From positions 1-11,383 of the forward strand of contig JAEOSI010000054.1 in assembly GCA_016840425.1 (NCBI GenBank): a stretch of DNA of 11,383 bases. Reading direction: 5' to 3'. Numbering within the stretch: the stretch's first letter is position 1; every line of letters starts with the position of its first letter. The position numbers were made by a program, and so were the translations under genes. This document shows, piece by piece, positions 1-7,734 of the stretch. The stretch comes from Candidatus Wukongarchaeum yapensis. Its GTDB lineage: Archaea; Asgardarchaeota; Wukongarchaeia; Wukongarchaeales; Wukongarchaeaceae. The notes below the pieces were generated by a model that was not told the DNA's origin, did not search any database, and worked only from the letters and a program-made list of their open reading frames with translations.

Positions 1-2
1 TC

Positions 3-635
3 AGTACCCGTATTCAAACCTATGGCTTTAAGAGTGAAAGCACATTGTCAAAAGATAACGTAAGTTTGACCGTGGATGCAGTATTGTTCTTTAAGGCGGT
101 CAATGTAGAGGCGGCGATCCTTCAGGTTGAAGAATACCTTAACGCAACCCAGTGGGCGGCTCAAACAACTCTTCGTGAGGTTATAGGTCAAAGCGAATTA
201 GACGAGGTTTTGACCCACAGGGAGGCAGTAGCCCACAAGGTTCAAGAGATAGTTGATGGCAAAACGGAGCATTGGGGGATAAAAGTTACCTCTGTTGAAA
301 TAAGGGACGTCATTTTGCCTCACAGCTTGGTTGATGCCATGGCGAGACAGGCAGAGGCAGAACGGGAACGCAGGGCTAGAGTAACCTTAGCCATTGCAGA
401 AGCTGAAGCAGCTCATAAGATGGCGGAGGCTTCGCAAACTTATGATAAACATCCTACGGCTTTGGCTCTTCGTTGGATGAATCTTTTGTTTGAAGCTTCT
501 ACGCAGGGTAATAGTACGATAATCTTAGTGCCTTCGGAAGTTCCTACAGCTGGGTTTAGTGCGTCACAACTTGGAGTATACGGGATAAGGTCAGTAACGG
601 AAGCGGCGAAAGAAAAAAGAAAGGAAGGAGAATAA
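3..635 (+). CDS. SPFH/band-7 (stomatin/slipin-like) protein, 5'-truncated by the window edge
   Basis: The frame is open from position 3 (STRIQTYGFKSESTLSKDNVSLTVDAVLFF), so the TTG at 45 is not the true start. Typical SPFH motifs: AQTTLREVIG, ELDEVL..RE, WGIKVTSVEIRDV, MARQAEAERERRA, ALRW. Confidence 0.95.
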   Translation, partial: STRIQTYGFKSESTLSKDNVSLTVDAVLFFKAVNVEAAILQVEEYLNATQWAAQTTLREVIGQSELDEVLTHREAVAHKVQEIVDGKTEHWGIKVTSVEIRDVILPHSLVDAMARQAEAERERRARVTLAIAEAEAAHKMAEASQTYDKHPTALALRWMNLLFEASTQGNSTIILVPSEVPTAGFSASQLGVYGIRSVTEAAKEKRKEGE

Positions 636-717
636 TAGGAATAATGGAGAAAATAAGTTCTTTACTGTCTCGTTTATCCAAAAATCCGTCGATAAAACTA
701 GTTAGAAGAATTGATCC

Positions 718-736
718 TTTATTTTTTTTCTTTTTG
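718..736 (+). terminator. Oligo-T tract, candidate archaeal terminator of the SPFH gene
   Basis: TTTATTTTTTTTCTTTTTG about 80 nt downstream of the stop at 635. Confidence 0.4.
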
Positions 737-818
737 AAAGGTAAAAAGAGTCTTCAAAGTAATGGAAAAATTTGAATAGTTTTAGAAAGGTAGTATTTTG
801 TGCGGGTGGAGTATCTTA

Positions 819-1280
819 ATGATGGAAAAGTCTCATGTTTGGAAAGTAGTTTTTGAGGGACCAGAAACGGGTGCAGAGGATGATTATGTTTTAGATTTTA
901 CTGATACTAAGACTGTTTTAAACGAGGAAATTTTCCTTAAGAAAGAGTATATAACTAAGTTAACGAGTATAATGCGGGAAGACAAAATTCGATATCATTT
1001 TATAGGTAATATAAAGTCGTGCTTAGACCCTGATGAAGTAGAAAGAATAGGAGAACCATTTTACGCATTAGTAGGTACGGAAAAGGAAGAAGATCACAGA
1101 TGTGGCATTCTTTTCACAAAAGAACCTGAAAACCTTTTTCCGGTGGTAGGGATTTGGCCTAAAGAGTTTGCTGAGGCTTGCAAAAAATCTTCAAAAATCC
1201 TTGACCAAGTACTTGTATCTTTTATTGAAAAACCAGAAGTATGGCGCCATGTTGGTTTGATAGTAAAAACAGCTAAATAA
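819..1280 (+). CDS. Hypothetical soluble protein (~153 aa)
   Basis: Long ORF with globular-protein composition. Start placed at ATG 819 (or 822), which follows GGGTGGAG at 804-811, rather than at TTG 798. No family recognised. Confidence 0.8.
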   Translation: MMEKSHVWKVVFEGPETGAEDDYVLDFTDTKTVLNEEIFLKKEYITKLTSIMREDKIRYHFIGNIKSCLDPDEVERIGEPFYALVGTEKEEDHRCGILFTKEPENLFPVVGIWPKEFAEACKKSSKILDQVLVSFIEKPEVWRHVGLIVKTAK

Positions 1281-1330
1281 AAAAACACTAATTTAAAACT
1301 GTTTTTGCTTTCCTTTAAGGGGACCAAATG

Positions 1331-1364
1331 TATTTTTTGTGCTCTTTTGGGGGCACCAAAAATA
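1331..1364 (+). terminator. Hairpin downstream of the hypothetical gene
   Basis: TATTTTT-t-GTGCTC-ttttgg-GGGCAC-c-AAAAATA forms a 13-bp stem with one mismatch and one G.U pair. Confidence 0.35.
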
Positions 1365-1449
1365 CAAATATCATTTTCACAATTTATTATTATTAAGAAC
1401 ATACTTTGTTTTCGTTCCTTGATTTTTAAAGTATTAGTCTGGGGTCTCT

Positions 1450-1989
1450 ATGGCGTTAAAACATACCTGTAATAAAGCAAGGATTAGAAGGTCAAAGGAA
1501 AGGAAAAAAGAAAAGGCAGCTTATGAATGTCTTTTATATGGGGGTAAGTGTCTAATAGGTCCTAAAGACTATGAAGGTGTTGTTAATTGTCGTTTGGGAG
1601 TTTTTTCTTCTTCTAAACAGTTTAACTCAAAGAGAATGAAGGAAAAAATAAGTTTTGATTTTGCTACTAAAATGAAACATGCTAAACTTTTTGTAAGAAA
1701 CGTGATTAAACGGAAAATAGGGGGAAAACACTTATGCACATACATACGTTTCGAAAAAACAACTGATGAATCTCAGCAGTTAAAAATGAATTTGCTATTA
1801 CACCCTCTTTTATGTGTAGCCTGCGACTATTTTATAAAACCAGCACCAAAGAGGCTAGAAGGAAAAAAATTGGAAAAACGTAAAAAAATATTCTTAATCG
1901 ATGGAAAAGAGTATATCAAAGCTGAGAATTGCACTTATAAAGCTAGAAGACGGCAAGCACTCAAAGCATTCCTTAAAGACAAAAAATGA
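1450..1989 (+). CDS. Hypothetical, very basic, Cys-rich protein (179 aa)
   Basis: ATG-initiated 540-nt ORF with no competing long ORF. K/R-rich, 8 Cys including a CVAC motif. Convergent with rps25e. Confidence 0.7.
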   Translation: MALKHTCNKARIRRSKERKKEKAAYECLLYGGKCLIGPKDYEGVVNCRLGVFSSSKQFNSKRMKEKISFDFATKMKHAKLFVRNVIKRKIGGKHLCTYIRFEKTTDESQQLKMNLLLHPLLCVACDYFIKPAPKRLEGKKLEKRKKIFLIDGKEYIKAENCTYKARRRQALKAFLKDKK

Positions 1990-2028
1990 AGAAGAAACGA
2001 CCTTTTCTAAATCGCTTTGTCTTAAAAA

Positions 2029-2343
2029 TTAAGTCGTTTTCTCTTTTTCTTCTGTTTTTTTAGCTTTCTCTAAAGGTACATATATTGCCACACGGCCGGA
2101 TTTAAACCGTTTTTCAATGATTCCTTTTGAAACCATCTCTTCCAAAACTTTCTTAGCTACACTTACCCGGATGCCATATTTTTCAGCGATAAAAGTAGGG
2201 GTAACTACGGGCATTCGGGGTATCTCTTTTTCCATAGATTTTTGAACCTCATCACTTATTAAAAGGGCTCTTTCATAGGGAAAATGTTCCCGTATTTTGC
2301 CGAATTTTTTACGTACTTTACGAGAACCCTTTCTTTCAGCCAA
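2029..2343 (-). CDS. rps25e: 30S ribosomal protein S25e (eS25)
   Basis: Winged-helix core VVTPTFIAEKYGIRVSVAKKVLEEM..KGII......RVAIY matches remembered archaeal and eukaryotic eS25. Basic N-tail. Start placed at TTG 2343 (MAERKG), which follows GGTGGGTGG; GTG 2352 is the alternative. Confidence 0.92.
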   Translation of the reverse strand: MAERKGSRKVRKKFGKIREHFPYERALLISDEVQKSMEKEIPRMPVVTPTFIAEKYGIRVSVAKKVLEEMVSKGIIEKRFKSGRVAIYVPLEKAKKTEEKEKTT

Positions 2344-2391
2344 AAAGACCACCCACCAAGGTAAAACAATAGAGAAGTGAAGATTTCAAAA

Positions 2392-2399
2392 TATTTAAA
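2392..2399 (-). promoter_or_regulatory. Candidate TATA box for rps25e
   Basis: TTTAAATA on the minus strand about 50 nt upstream of the start. No clear BRE. Confidence 0.35.
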
Positions 2400-2602
2400 G
2401 GATGTTGTTTAGACTATTCTCAGCTCTTCTTTTTTGCTAGAAAGTTGAATTTTGTTTTAAGCTATTTATATTTGTCGGACTTTAAATAATTCCCAAAGAG
2501 TTGAAAATTCTCCAAGATCAAATGAAGAAAAATTTAAGGGAGGAAAGATTAATATTAATGACATTATATCTGTTTTGCACCGTAATTTAGCTGTAGATTA
2601 CC

Positions 2603-2616
2603 GTTAAGTTTATATA
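2603..2616 (+). promoter_or_regulatory. Candidate BRE-like element plus TATA for the ABC operon
   Basis: GTTAAG-TTTATATA, with the TATA at 2609-2616. The box is near-symmetric and could serve either direction. Confidence 0.45.
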
Positions 2617-2741
2617 CGTTTGAATATATTAACACGTTTGATAAAATTAAAACGTATTAGAAATTTCAAATGAGGTTATCTTTAAACAAAACCATAAGTC
2701 AAAGGTTAAGATTTTAGAACTCTCCCTCATATTTTTAGAAG

Positions 2742-3710
2742 TTGGTTAAAATGGTTGAAAATGCCCCCGTCATTGAAACGTTTAGAATTTCGAAAAACTA
2801 TGGCCTTGTCGAAGCAGTCAAAGATTTGACTGTTAGCATCCCGCAAGGGGGAACTGTTGGTCTGCTGGGTCCGAACGGCGCAGGAAAATCCACCACGATT
2901 AAATTGCTTTTAGGTTTGGTTAATCCTTCTCTCGGCGAAGGGAAGGTTTTAGGGATGGATATACGAACCAAGGGACTAGAAATACGGGATAGGGTAGGTT
3001 ATATGCCTGAACATGACTGTTTCATCGGTGACATCGATGCGGTTAAATATGTAATGCATCTTGGTCGTATGAATGGGATGTCTGTAGCAGATGCTCTTCG
3101 GAGAGCTCATGAGGTTCTTTATTATGTGGGGCTAGGGGAGTCTCGATATAGGAAAATTGAGACCTTTTCTTTGGGTATGAAGCAAAGAGTGAAGCTTGCC
3201 CAAGCTTTGGTTCATGATCCTGAACTGTTGATCCTTGATGAACCGACAACAGGAATGGATCCTGATGGTCGTATAGATATGCTTGAACTTATTAAAGATA
3301 TAGCAAAATGTGAAGATAAGACGTTGGTTATGTGTAGTCATATTCTTGCAGATGTTGAGAGGGTGTGTGATAGGGTAGTGATCATGAATAGGGGAAAGCT
3401 TGTTAGGACGGGATCTTTAAAAGAGCTGGTTGAAGGGAAAAAGGAGGCAATAATACTTCGCGTTAAAGGCGATTCAAACCTTTTGATTGATAAGTTTGAG
3501 AGGGAAGGAATTTCAGCTGAGTTGAGGGATGATGCAATCTTAGTTTTTGCGGGAAATAATCCCTCAATTAAGAAAAAGGTTATGGAAATAATGGCAGAAG
3601 CGAAGATGCAACTGAGATATTTTGGAAAGCCTACTGCTTCATTGGAAGACCTCTTTTTGTCAACTATTTCCTACGAAGAAGAAGCAGAGAGAGAAAAAGC
3701 AAGCATCTGA
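2742..3710 (+). CDS. ABC-2-type transporter ATP-binding subunit 1
   Basis: Walker A GPNGAGKST, Q-loop region GYMPE, signature FSLGMKQR, Walker B LLILDEPT, H-loop SH. The true start may be ATG 2751. Confidence 0.97.
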   Translation: MVKMVENAPVIETFRISKNYGLVEAVKDLTVSIPQGGTVGLLGPNGAGKSTTIKLLLGLVNPSLGEGKVLGMDIRTKGLEIRDRVGYMPEHDCFIGDIDAVKYVMHLGRMNGMSVADALRRAHEVLYYVGLGESRYRKIETFSLGMKQRVKLAQALVHDPELLILDEPTTGMDPDGRIDMLELIKDIAKCEDKTLVMCSHILADVERVCDRVVIMNRGKLVRTGSLKELVEGKKEAIILRVKGDSNLLIDKFEREGISAELRDDAILVFAGNNPSIKKKVMEIMAEAKMQLRYFGKPTASLEDLFLSTISYEEEAEREKASI

Positions 3711-3750
3711 AGGAGAAAAGTGTTGCCTTTGAAAGGAGGTTATGTTTCTT

Positions 3751-4620
3751 ATGAGTATTGAAAGTTTAGGTTATAAGGAGTGGGAGGGACAGAAACACGG
3801 TAGGTTTTACAAGGTTTTATCTTTGGTTGATTATGAGGTTAGGCATGCTTGGAGCAGTATTTGGGTTAAAATTCTCATAATTATAGCGTGGCTTCCTGTT
3901 TTAATCATATTTTTAGTGCCTGTAACGGAGATTAGTGAGGAAGGTGTTGATAGGGCGTTTTATAATCTTGTGAGTTTTACCACAAGTATAACAATTTGGC
4001 TCCCGATTATGGCTGGTTTGATTGGTGGGGGTTTGATTGCAAATGATAAAAATAACAAGATGTTTTCCATGTATTTTTCCCGCCCTCTAAGGCGAGAAGA
4101 TTATATCGCGGGGAAAGTTGGAGGTTTTGCTGTTTTAATGAGTATTCCCACCATCGTCCCTGCCCTCATTATTTATATCGTGCTTATCGGAAAATCAGAT
4201 CTTAGCCTTTTAGTTTTTATTAAAAAGTCTTGGTTGTTGGGAGCAGCTTGGCTTTACTTCATTTTATTGATAGCGCTCTTTGGTTCCCTTGTTCTGTTTC
4301 TTTCATCTGTGGTGACTGATTCAAAGTATGCTGTTGTTGGACTTTTCACCATAGTCATCTTGTCAGACCTTATAGCAAACCTTCTTTGGTTAGCTTCAGA
4401 TAACGAGATTTACCGACTGGGATCTTTAACTTTCAACTTAGAAAATATACTTGCAGAATTTTTAGGGATTGACCAATCAACTCTTCAGTTGGCTGATCAG
4501 CAAAATGGGGGGGTAGGTGGTTTGGTTTCTGCGTGGAAAAGTCTTGTAGTGATTGTTGGGATAACTAGTTTTATGTCGGTACTTACCCTTTTAAGGCTCT
4601 TATCTTTGGAAGAAGAATAA
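3751..4620 (+). CDS. ABC-2-type transporter permease 1
   Basis: About 6 hydrophobic segments; 'IANDKNNKMFSMYFSRPLRREDYIAGK' is the typical ABC-2 cytoplasmic loop. SD AGGAGGT at 3734-3740 is only 1 nt from ATG 3742 but 10 nt from ATG 3751, so 3751 is preferred. Confidence 0.93.
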   Translation: MSIESLGYKEWEGQKHGRFYKVLSLVDYEVRHAWSSIWVKILIIIAWLPVLIIFLVPVTEISEEGVDRAFYNLVSFTTSITIWLPIMAGLIGGGLIANDKNNKMFSMYFSRPLRREDYIAGKVGGFAVLMSIPTIVPALIIYIVLIGKSDLSLLVFIKKSWLLGAAWLYFILLIALFGSLVLFLSSVVTDSKYAVVGLFTIVILSDLIANLLWLASDNEIYRLGSLTFNLENILAEFLGIDQSTLQLADQQNGGVGGLVSAWKSLVVIVGITSFMSVLTLLRLLSLEEE

Positions 4621-4626
4621 GGTTGG

Positions 4627-5580
4627 ATGATGGTAAAAATGAGAACTATAGTGAGACTTGAAAATGTTTCAAAGTGGTTTGGCGAAGTTGTGGCAGTAAA
4701 CAATCTAACATGTGATCTAAAAGGAGGCATTACGGGATTTCTTGGCCCTAATGGGGCTGGTAAAACCACCACGCTTAAGATGATTAATGGGATTATTGCT
4801 CCAAACCTTGGAAGGGTGACTGTTTTTGGGGAAGATCCTTGGGATAATATGGAGTTGCGTAAAAAAATCGGTGTAGTTTTTGAGATGGGAAATCTTTACG
4901 ATTGGATGACGGGGGAAGATTTTGTTCGAACCATGGGAAGACTTAGCGGTTTGAGGAGTGAAGATCTTGATAAAGGTGTGGAAAGAGCTTTAAAAATCGC
5001 TAATCTATATGAGGCAAAAAACAGGAGATTAAAAGGGTACAGTCACGGGATGAGGCAGAAAATTAAGATTTCTCAGGCGATTGTCCATGACCCTCAAATC
5101 CTTATCTTAGATGAACCTTTAGGGGGTCTTGATCCCATATCAAGGAGGTATATATCGGATCTGATAAGGGATTGGGAGAAGGAAGGAAAAGATTTGATAA
5201 TGAGTTCTCACGTGCTTCATGAAGTAGAAGCTGTGGCTAAAAAGATCGTTCTACTCTTTCAAGGAAAACTCCTAGCACAGGGTAGTATAGAGGCGATTAG
5301 GCGTTTGATTGATGAGCGGCCTCACACGATAAAGGTGAAGATTGATAAGCCTAAAGAGTTTGTGAAAGAGATCCTTGAATATGATTTCATATCAAGCGTT
5401 GTGTTTTTGGATAAAGATTCCTTAATTGTGAGAACTAAGAATCCTGAGGAGTTTTACACAGTTTTCCCTCAAATAGTGGCTAATAAAGGGTTTGAAGTAG
5501 AGTTTATGGGGGTAACGGATGAGAGTTTAGAAGCCGTCTTTAAATATTTAACAATGAGGACTAAAAGAACGAGTATGTAG
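4627..5580 (+). CDS. ABC-2-type transporter ATP-binding subunit 2
   Basis: Walker A GPNGAGKTT, signature YSHGMRQK, Walker B ILILDEPL, H-loop SSH. Confidence 0.97.
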   Translation: MMVKMRTIVRLENVSKWFGEVVAVNNLTCDLKGGITGFLGPNGAGKTTTLKMINGIIAPNLGRVTVFGEDPWDNMELRKKIGVVFEMGNLYDWMTGEDFVRTMGRLSGLRSEDLDKGVERALKIANLYEAKNRRLKGYSHGMRQKIKISQAIVHDPQILILDEPLGGLDPISRRYISDLIRDWEKEGKDLIMSSHVLHEVEAVAKKIVLLFQGKLLAQGSIEAIRRLIDERPHTIKVKIDKPKEFVKEILEYDFISSVVFLDKDSLIVRTKNPEEFYTVFPQIVANKGFEVEFMGVTDESLEAVFKYLTMRTKRTSM

Positions 5581-5630
5581 GAAAGAAGTGTAGTAATAGG
5601 ATAGTAAAAAAAGAGAAAGGAAGGGTTAAA

Positions 5631-6485
5631 ATGAGAATGGAAACAGGAACAGGTTCCCGATTAAAAATGGTGAACGAGGTAAGTTATCGGCTAGAAATTT
5701 TCAAAATGACCCTTAGATCTTATGCTAAAGATAGAAAATCGTGGATTTTAGAGATTTTTCTTTTATTCCCTCTTTTTGTTATTTTCATAATTACTCGAAG
5801 GTACGCGGATGAGGATTATAGGGAGACTGCTCAATTTCTTGGCGAGGAAGCGGCGAAACAACAGGCTTTGGGAGATATAATGGATCTAACAATTTATCTT
5901 TATATGGTAATTTTAGCTATTTTTGTGACCATAGTCTTAGGAACCTCTTTGCTTGGAACTGAGAAAAACGATAAAACGATCTATTATATATTGACTAGGC
6001 CTATTCATCGATATGAAATTCCTTTGCAAAAATTTCCAGCATATTTAATCTTTTCAACAAGTCTTTTCATAGTACCTTTAACCCTTTTACATATGACGAT
6101 GATGTCGGTGGTCCCTGGATCTAATGCCTTCACGGGAATAGGACTTGTGCCAAAACTTATATTCATCGCCCTTTTGTGTAACGCAGCTTATGGCTCCATA
6201 TTCATGTTTATAGGGCTTATTTTAAAACGTCCACTCCTTGTAGCTCTGATTATAGGCTTTGCAGGAAATCTTTTAACCTCACTGATTTTCTCAGGAAGCA
6301 CACAAGCCCAAACAACGATACCCTACCATCTTGAAGTCATAGGGAAAAGCTTTGTATCCTCGGGCCAAATAGCGACTATGGAGACCTTTAACACCGCGTT
6401 AACGTCAGTATTAACCCTCATATCATTAACAGCGTTTTTTGTAGCCCTTACAAGCATGAAAATCCAAAAGCAAGATTTCGAATAA
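5631..6485 (+). CDS. ABC-2-type transporter permease 2
   Basis: About 6 TM segments; loop 'LGTEKNDKTIYYILTRPIHRYEI..QK' parallels the loop of permease 1. Confidence 0.93.
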   Translation: MRMETGTGSRLKMVNEVSYRLEIFKMTLRSYAKDRKSWILEIFLLFPLFVIFIITRRYADEDYRETAQFLGEEAAKQQALGDIMDLTIYLYMVILAIFVTIVLGTSLLGTEKNDKTIYYILTRPIHRYEIPLQKFPAYLIFSTSLFIVPLTLLHMTMMSVVPGSNAFTGIGLVPKLIFIALLCNAAYGSIFMFIGLILKRPLLVALIIGFAGNLLTSLIFSGSTQAQTTIPYHLEVIGKSFVSSGQIATMETFNTALTSVLTLISLTAFFVALTSMKIQKQDFE

Positions 6486-6950
6486 AAAGCAACATCATAA
6501 ATAATAAAAAAAGAAAAGGGAAAATAAAAGATTTTGATTAGACGACAGTTAGTTAATTTTTGTTAAACCTCTTGTAAAACTGTTTTCGTTTTCAAGTTTT
6601 TAAGTTTTCAAGTTTCTTGTTTTCTCAGGCTGTGAATTTACCGCTCCGAGATTTTCAAGAATTAACCCTGTTTCGACACCTTTTATGAGAGAGTTTAAAG
6701 CTAGGAAAAATAAACGGAAAAAATCAACCTGTAAAAAAAAAGAGAACAAAAAAAATAAAAAGAAACGCTTAGCAAGTCCTTTCGGACCCAATATCCGCTA
6801 CTGAGATTTTTTAACTCCTCCGCTTTTTGCTTGCTGCCGTTTAACCGTTTCTCAAGACATGGCAACTCAAAGCAGTGTAGGCTAGGAGAGGAGATGATCA
6901 CTATGTAACTAACTCCCAAACAACCCACAAAACACCATCGCTGTACATAG

Positions 6951-6963
6951 AAAAATAAAAAAA
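6951..6963 (-). terminator. Oligo-T terminator of the desulforedoxin-like microgene
   Basis: TTTTTTTATTTTT on the minus strand, 28 nt after the stop codon at 6992-6994. Confidence 0.5.
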
Positions 6964-6991
6964 TCATAAACAAGTTTTACAACAGGTTTAA

Positions 6992-7099
6992 CTATTCTAC
7001 TTTTTTCATGGGTTTTCCACAACACATGGGCTGACTTTCCCAGTCCCAGACTTCAATTTCTGAAGTGCAGAAATCACAAACGTACCTAACCTTAGGCAC
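6992..7099 (-). CDS. 35-aa desulforedoxin-like (CxxC...CCG) metal-binding microprotein, absent from the ORF track
   Basis: Hand translation: MPKVRYVCDFCTSEIEVWDWESQPMCCGKPMKKVE*. GTG start 6 nt after a perfect AGGAGGTGA SD. The Y-x-C-x2-C-x14-CCG-x2-M pattern matches the desulforedoxin / desulfoferrodoxin N-terminal iron site. Confidence 0.88.
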   Translation of the reverse strand: MPKVRYVCDFCTSEIEVWDWESQPMCCGKPMKKVE

Positions 7100-7105
7100 T
7101 TAACT

Positions 7106-7114
7106 TCACCTCCT
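7106..7114 (-). promoter_or_regulatory. Shine-Dalgarno site of the microgene
   Basis: AGGAGGTGA, fully complementary to the 16S rRNA 3' end (UCACCUCCU). Confidence 0.8.
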
Positions 7115-7479
7115 CTATAAACGGGTGGGAATGGTGTTTTTGCAATTGAAGGTAATTTTTCTGGTGTAATTGTGAAGATAGGGGAGAAATTTTTATGGAA
7201 CTTAAAGACGACAAGGTTACTCGATGGTGTATGGTAGTGGAGGTATTTTTTGATTTTCACAACCACTATTCCCCTTAAAAAACTTTAGAAATGCTCCCAT
7301 TTTTAATCCTATCTTTAAACTATTATGTCAAAAAAATAAGAATAAAAAAAAGAAAATTAATTAAAAAAAGTCTATTTTTTATCATAGATTATCTGTTTTT
7401 TCTCTCTAAGATATAGGGTTAATCTCTATAATAAGGGGAAGAAGAGAATTTGAAGCGCAAAAAGCGTTAATTACCTACA

Positions 7480-7734
7480 TCAATCTTCTTCATTTTTCTC
7501 TTTTTCTTCTTTCGCTCCTTTCTTTTCTTCAATGGTTTTGATTTTTTCTTCTATTTTTCTAAGCCTGTTTTCAAACACCATTTTTATAAATTCAAGCAGT
7601 TTGATCTCTTCCTCTGGGGAAAGGATTTGAGGCAGGTCTTCGTCGCGGGCGAATAACAGCCATTTTTTAAACCAAGGACCTAAAAAAGGACCTAAAAATC
7701 TATCATACCAATAAGGCCTAAATTCATCCATCAT
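7480..7734 (-). CDS. Small protein with aromatic/Pro N-terminus and C-terminal coiled coil (DUF5320-like)
   Basis: Its start (ATG 7734 or 7731) overlaps the 3' end of padR. The C-terminal motif SPEEEIKLLE..K..FE..L..IEEKI..I resembles the DUF5320 tail from memory; the family call is tentative. Confidence 0.75.
   Translation of the reverse strand: MMDEFRPYWYDRFLGPFLGPWFKKWLLFARDEDLPQILSPEEEIKLLEFIKMVFENRLRKIEEKIKTIEEKKGAKEEKEKNEED

Noticed and set aside
644-775. 43-aa ORF after the SPFH stop
   Set aside because: It runs through the oligo-T terminator tract (FFFFL) and has no motif.
1094-1402. 102-aa minus-strand ORF
   Set aside because: Antisense shadow of the 819-1280 gene running into intergenic DNA; no motif.
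3043-3341. Two minus-strand ORFs (68 and 69 aa)
   Set aside because: Antisense to the well-supported ABC ATPase.
4497-4772. 91-aa minus-strand ORF
   Set aside because: Antisense to the permease/ATPase junction; a typical shadow translation.
6589-6612. TTTTYAAG x3 micro-repeat
   Set aside because: Low-complexity AT-rich sequence in a probable termination zone; no spacers, so not CRISPR.
6774-6810. GTCC-GAAA-GGAC and CTGAGA considered as a hammerhead or TPP riboswitch
   Set aside because: No CUGANGA core next to the stem; CTGAGA lacks the flanking GGGG and ACCC-ACCUGAU elements.
6925-6945. GCGATGGTGTT (minus strand) resembling the 5' end of a fluoride riboswitch
   Set aside because: P1 does not form (no TCGC partner), and the downstream pseudoknot partner (ACACC) is absent.
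6600-6973. ORFs 6600-6791(-), 6701-6973(-) and a 39-aa poly-Lys ORF 6685-6804(+)
   Set aside because: They are held open by poly-A/T tracts (Phe- or Lys-runs), with no SD and no recognisable motif.
7006-7266. 86-aa minus-strand ORF in the track
   Set aside because: It overlaps, in another frame, the far better supported 35-aa CxxC/CCG gene and runs through that gene's SD.
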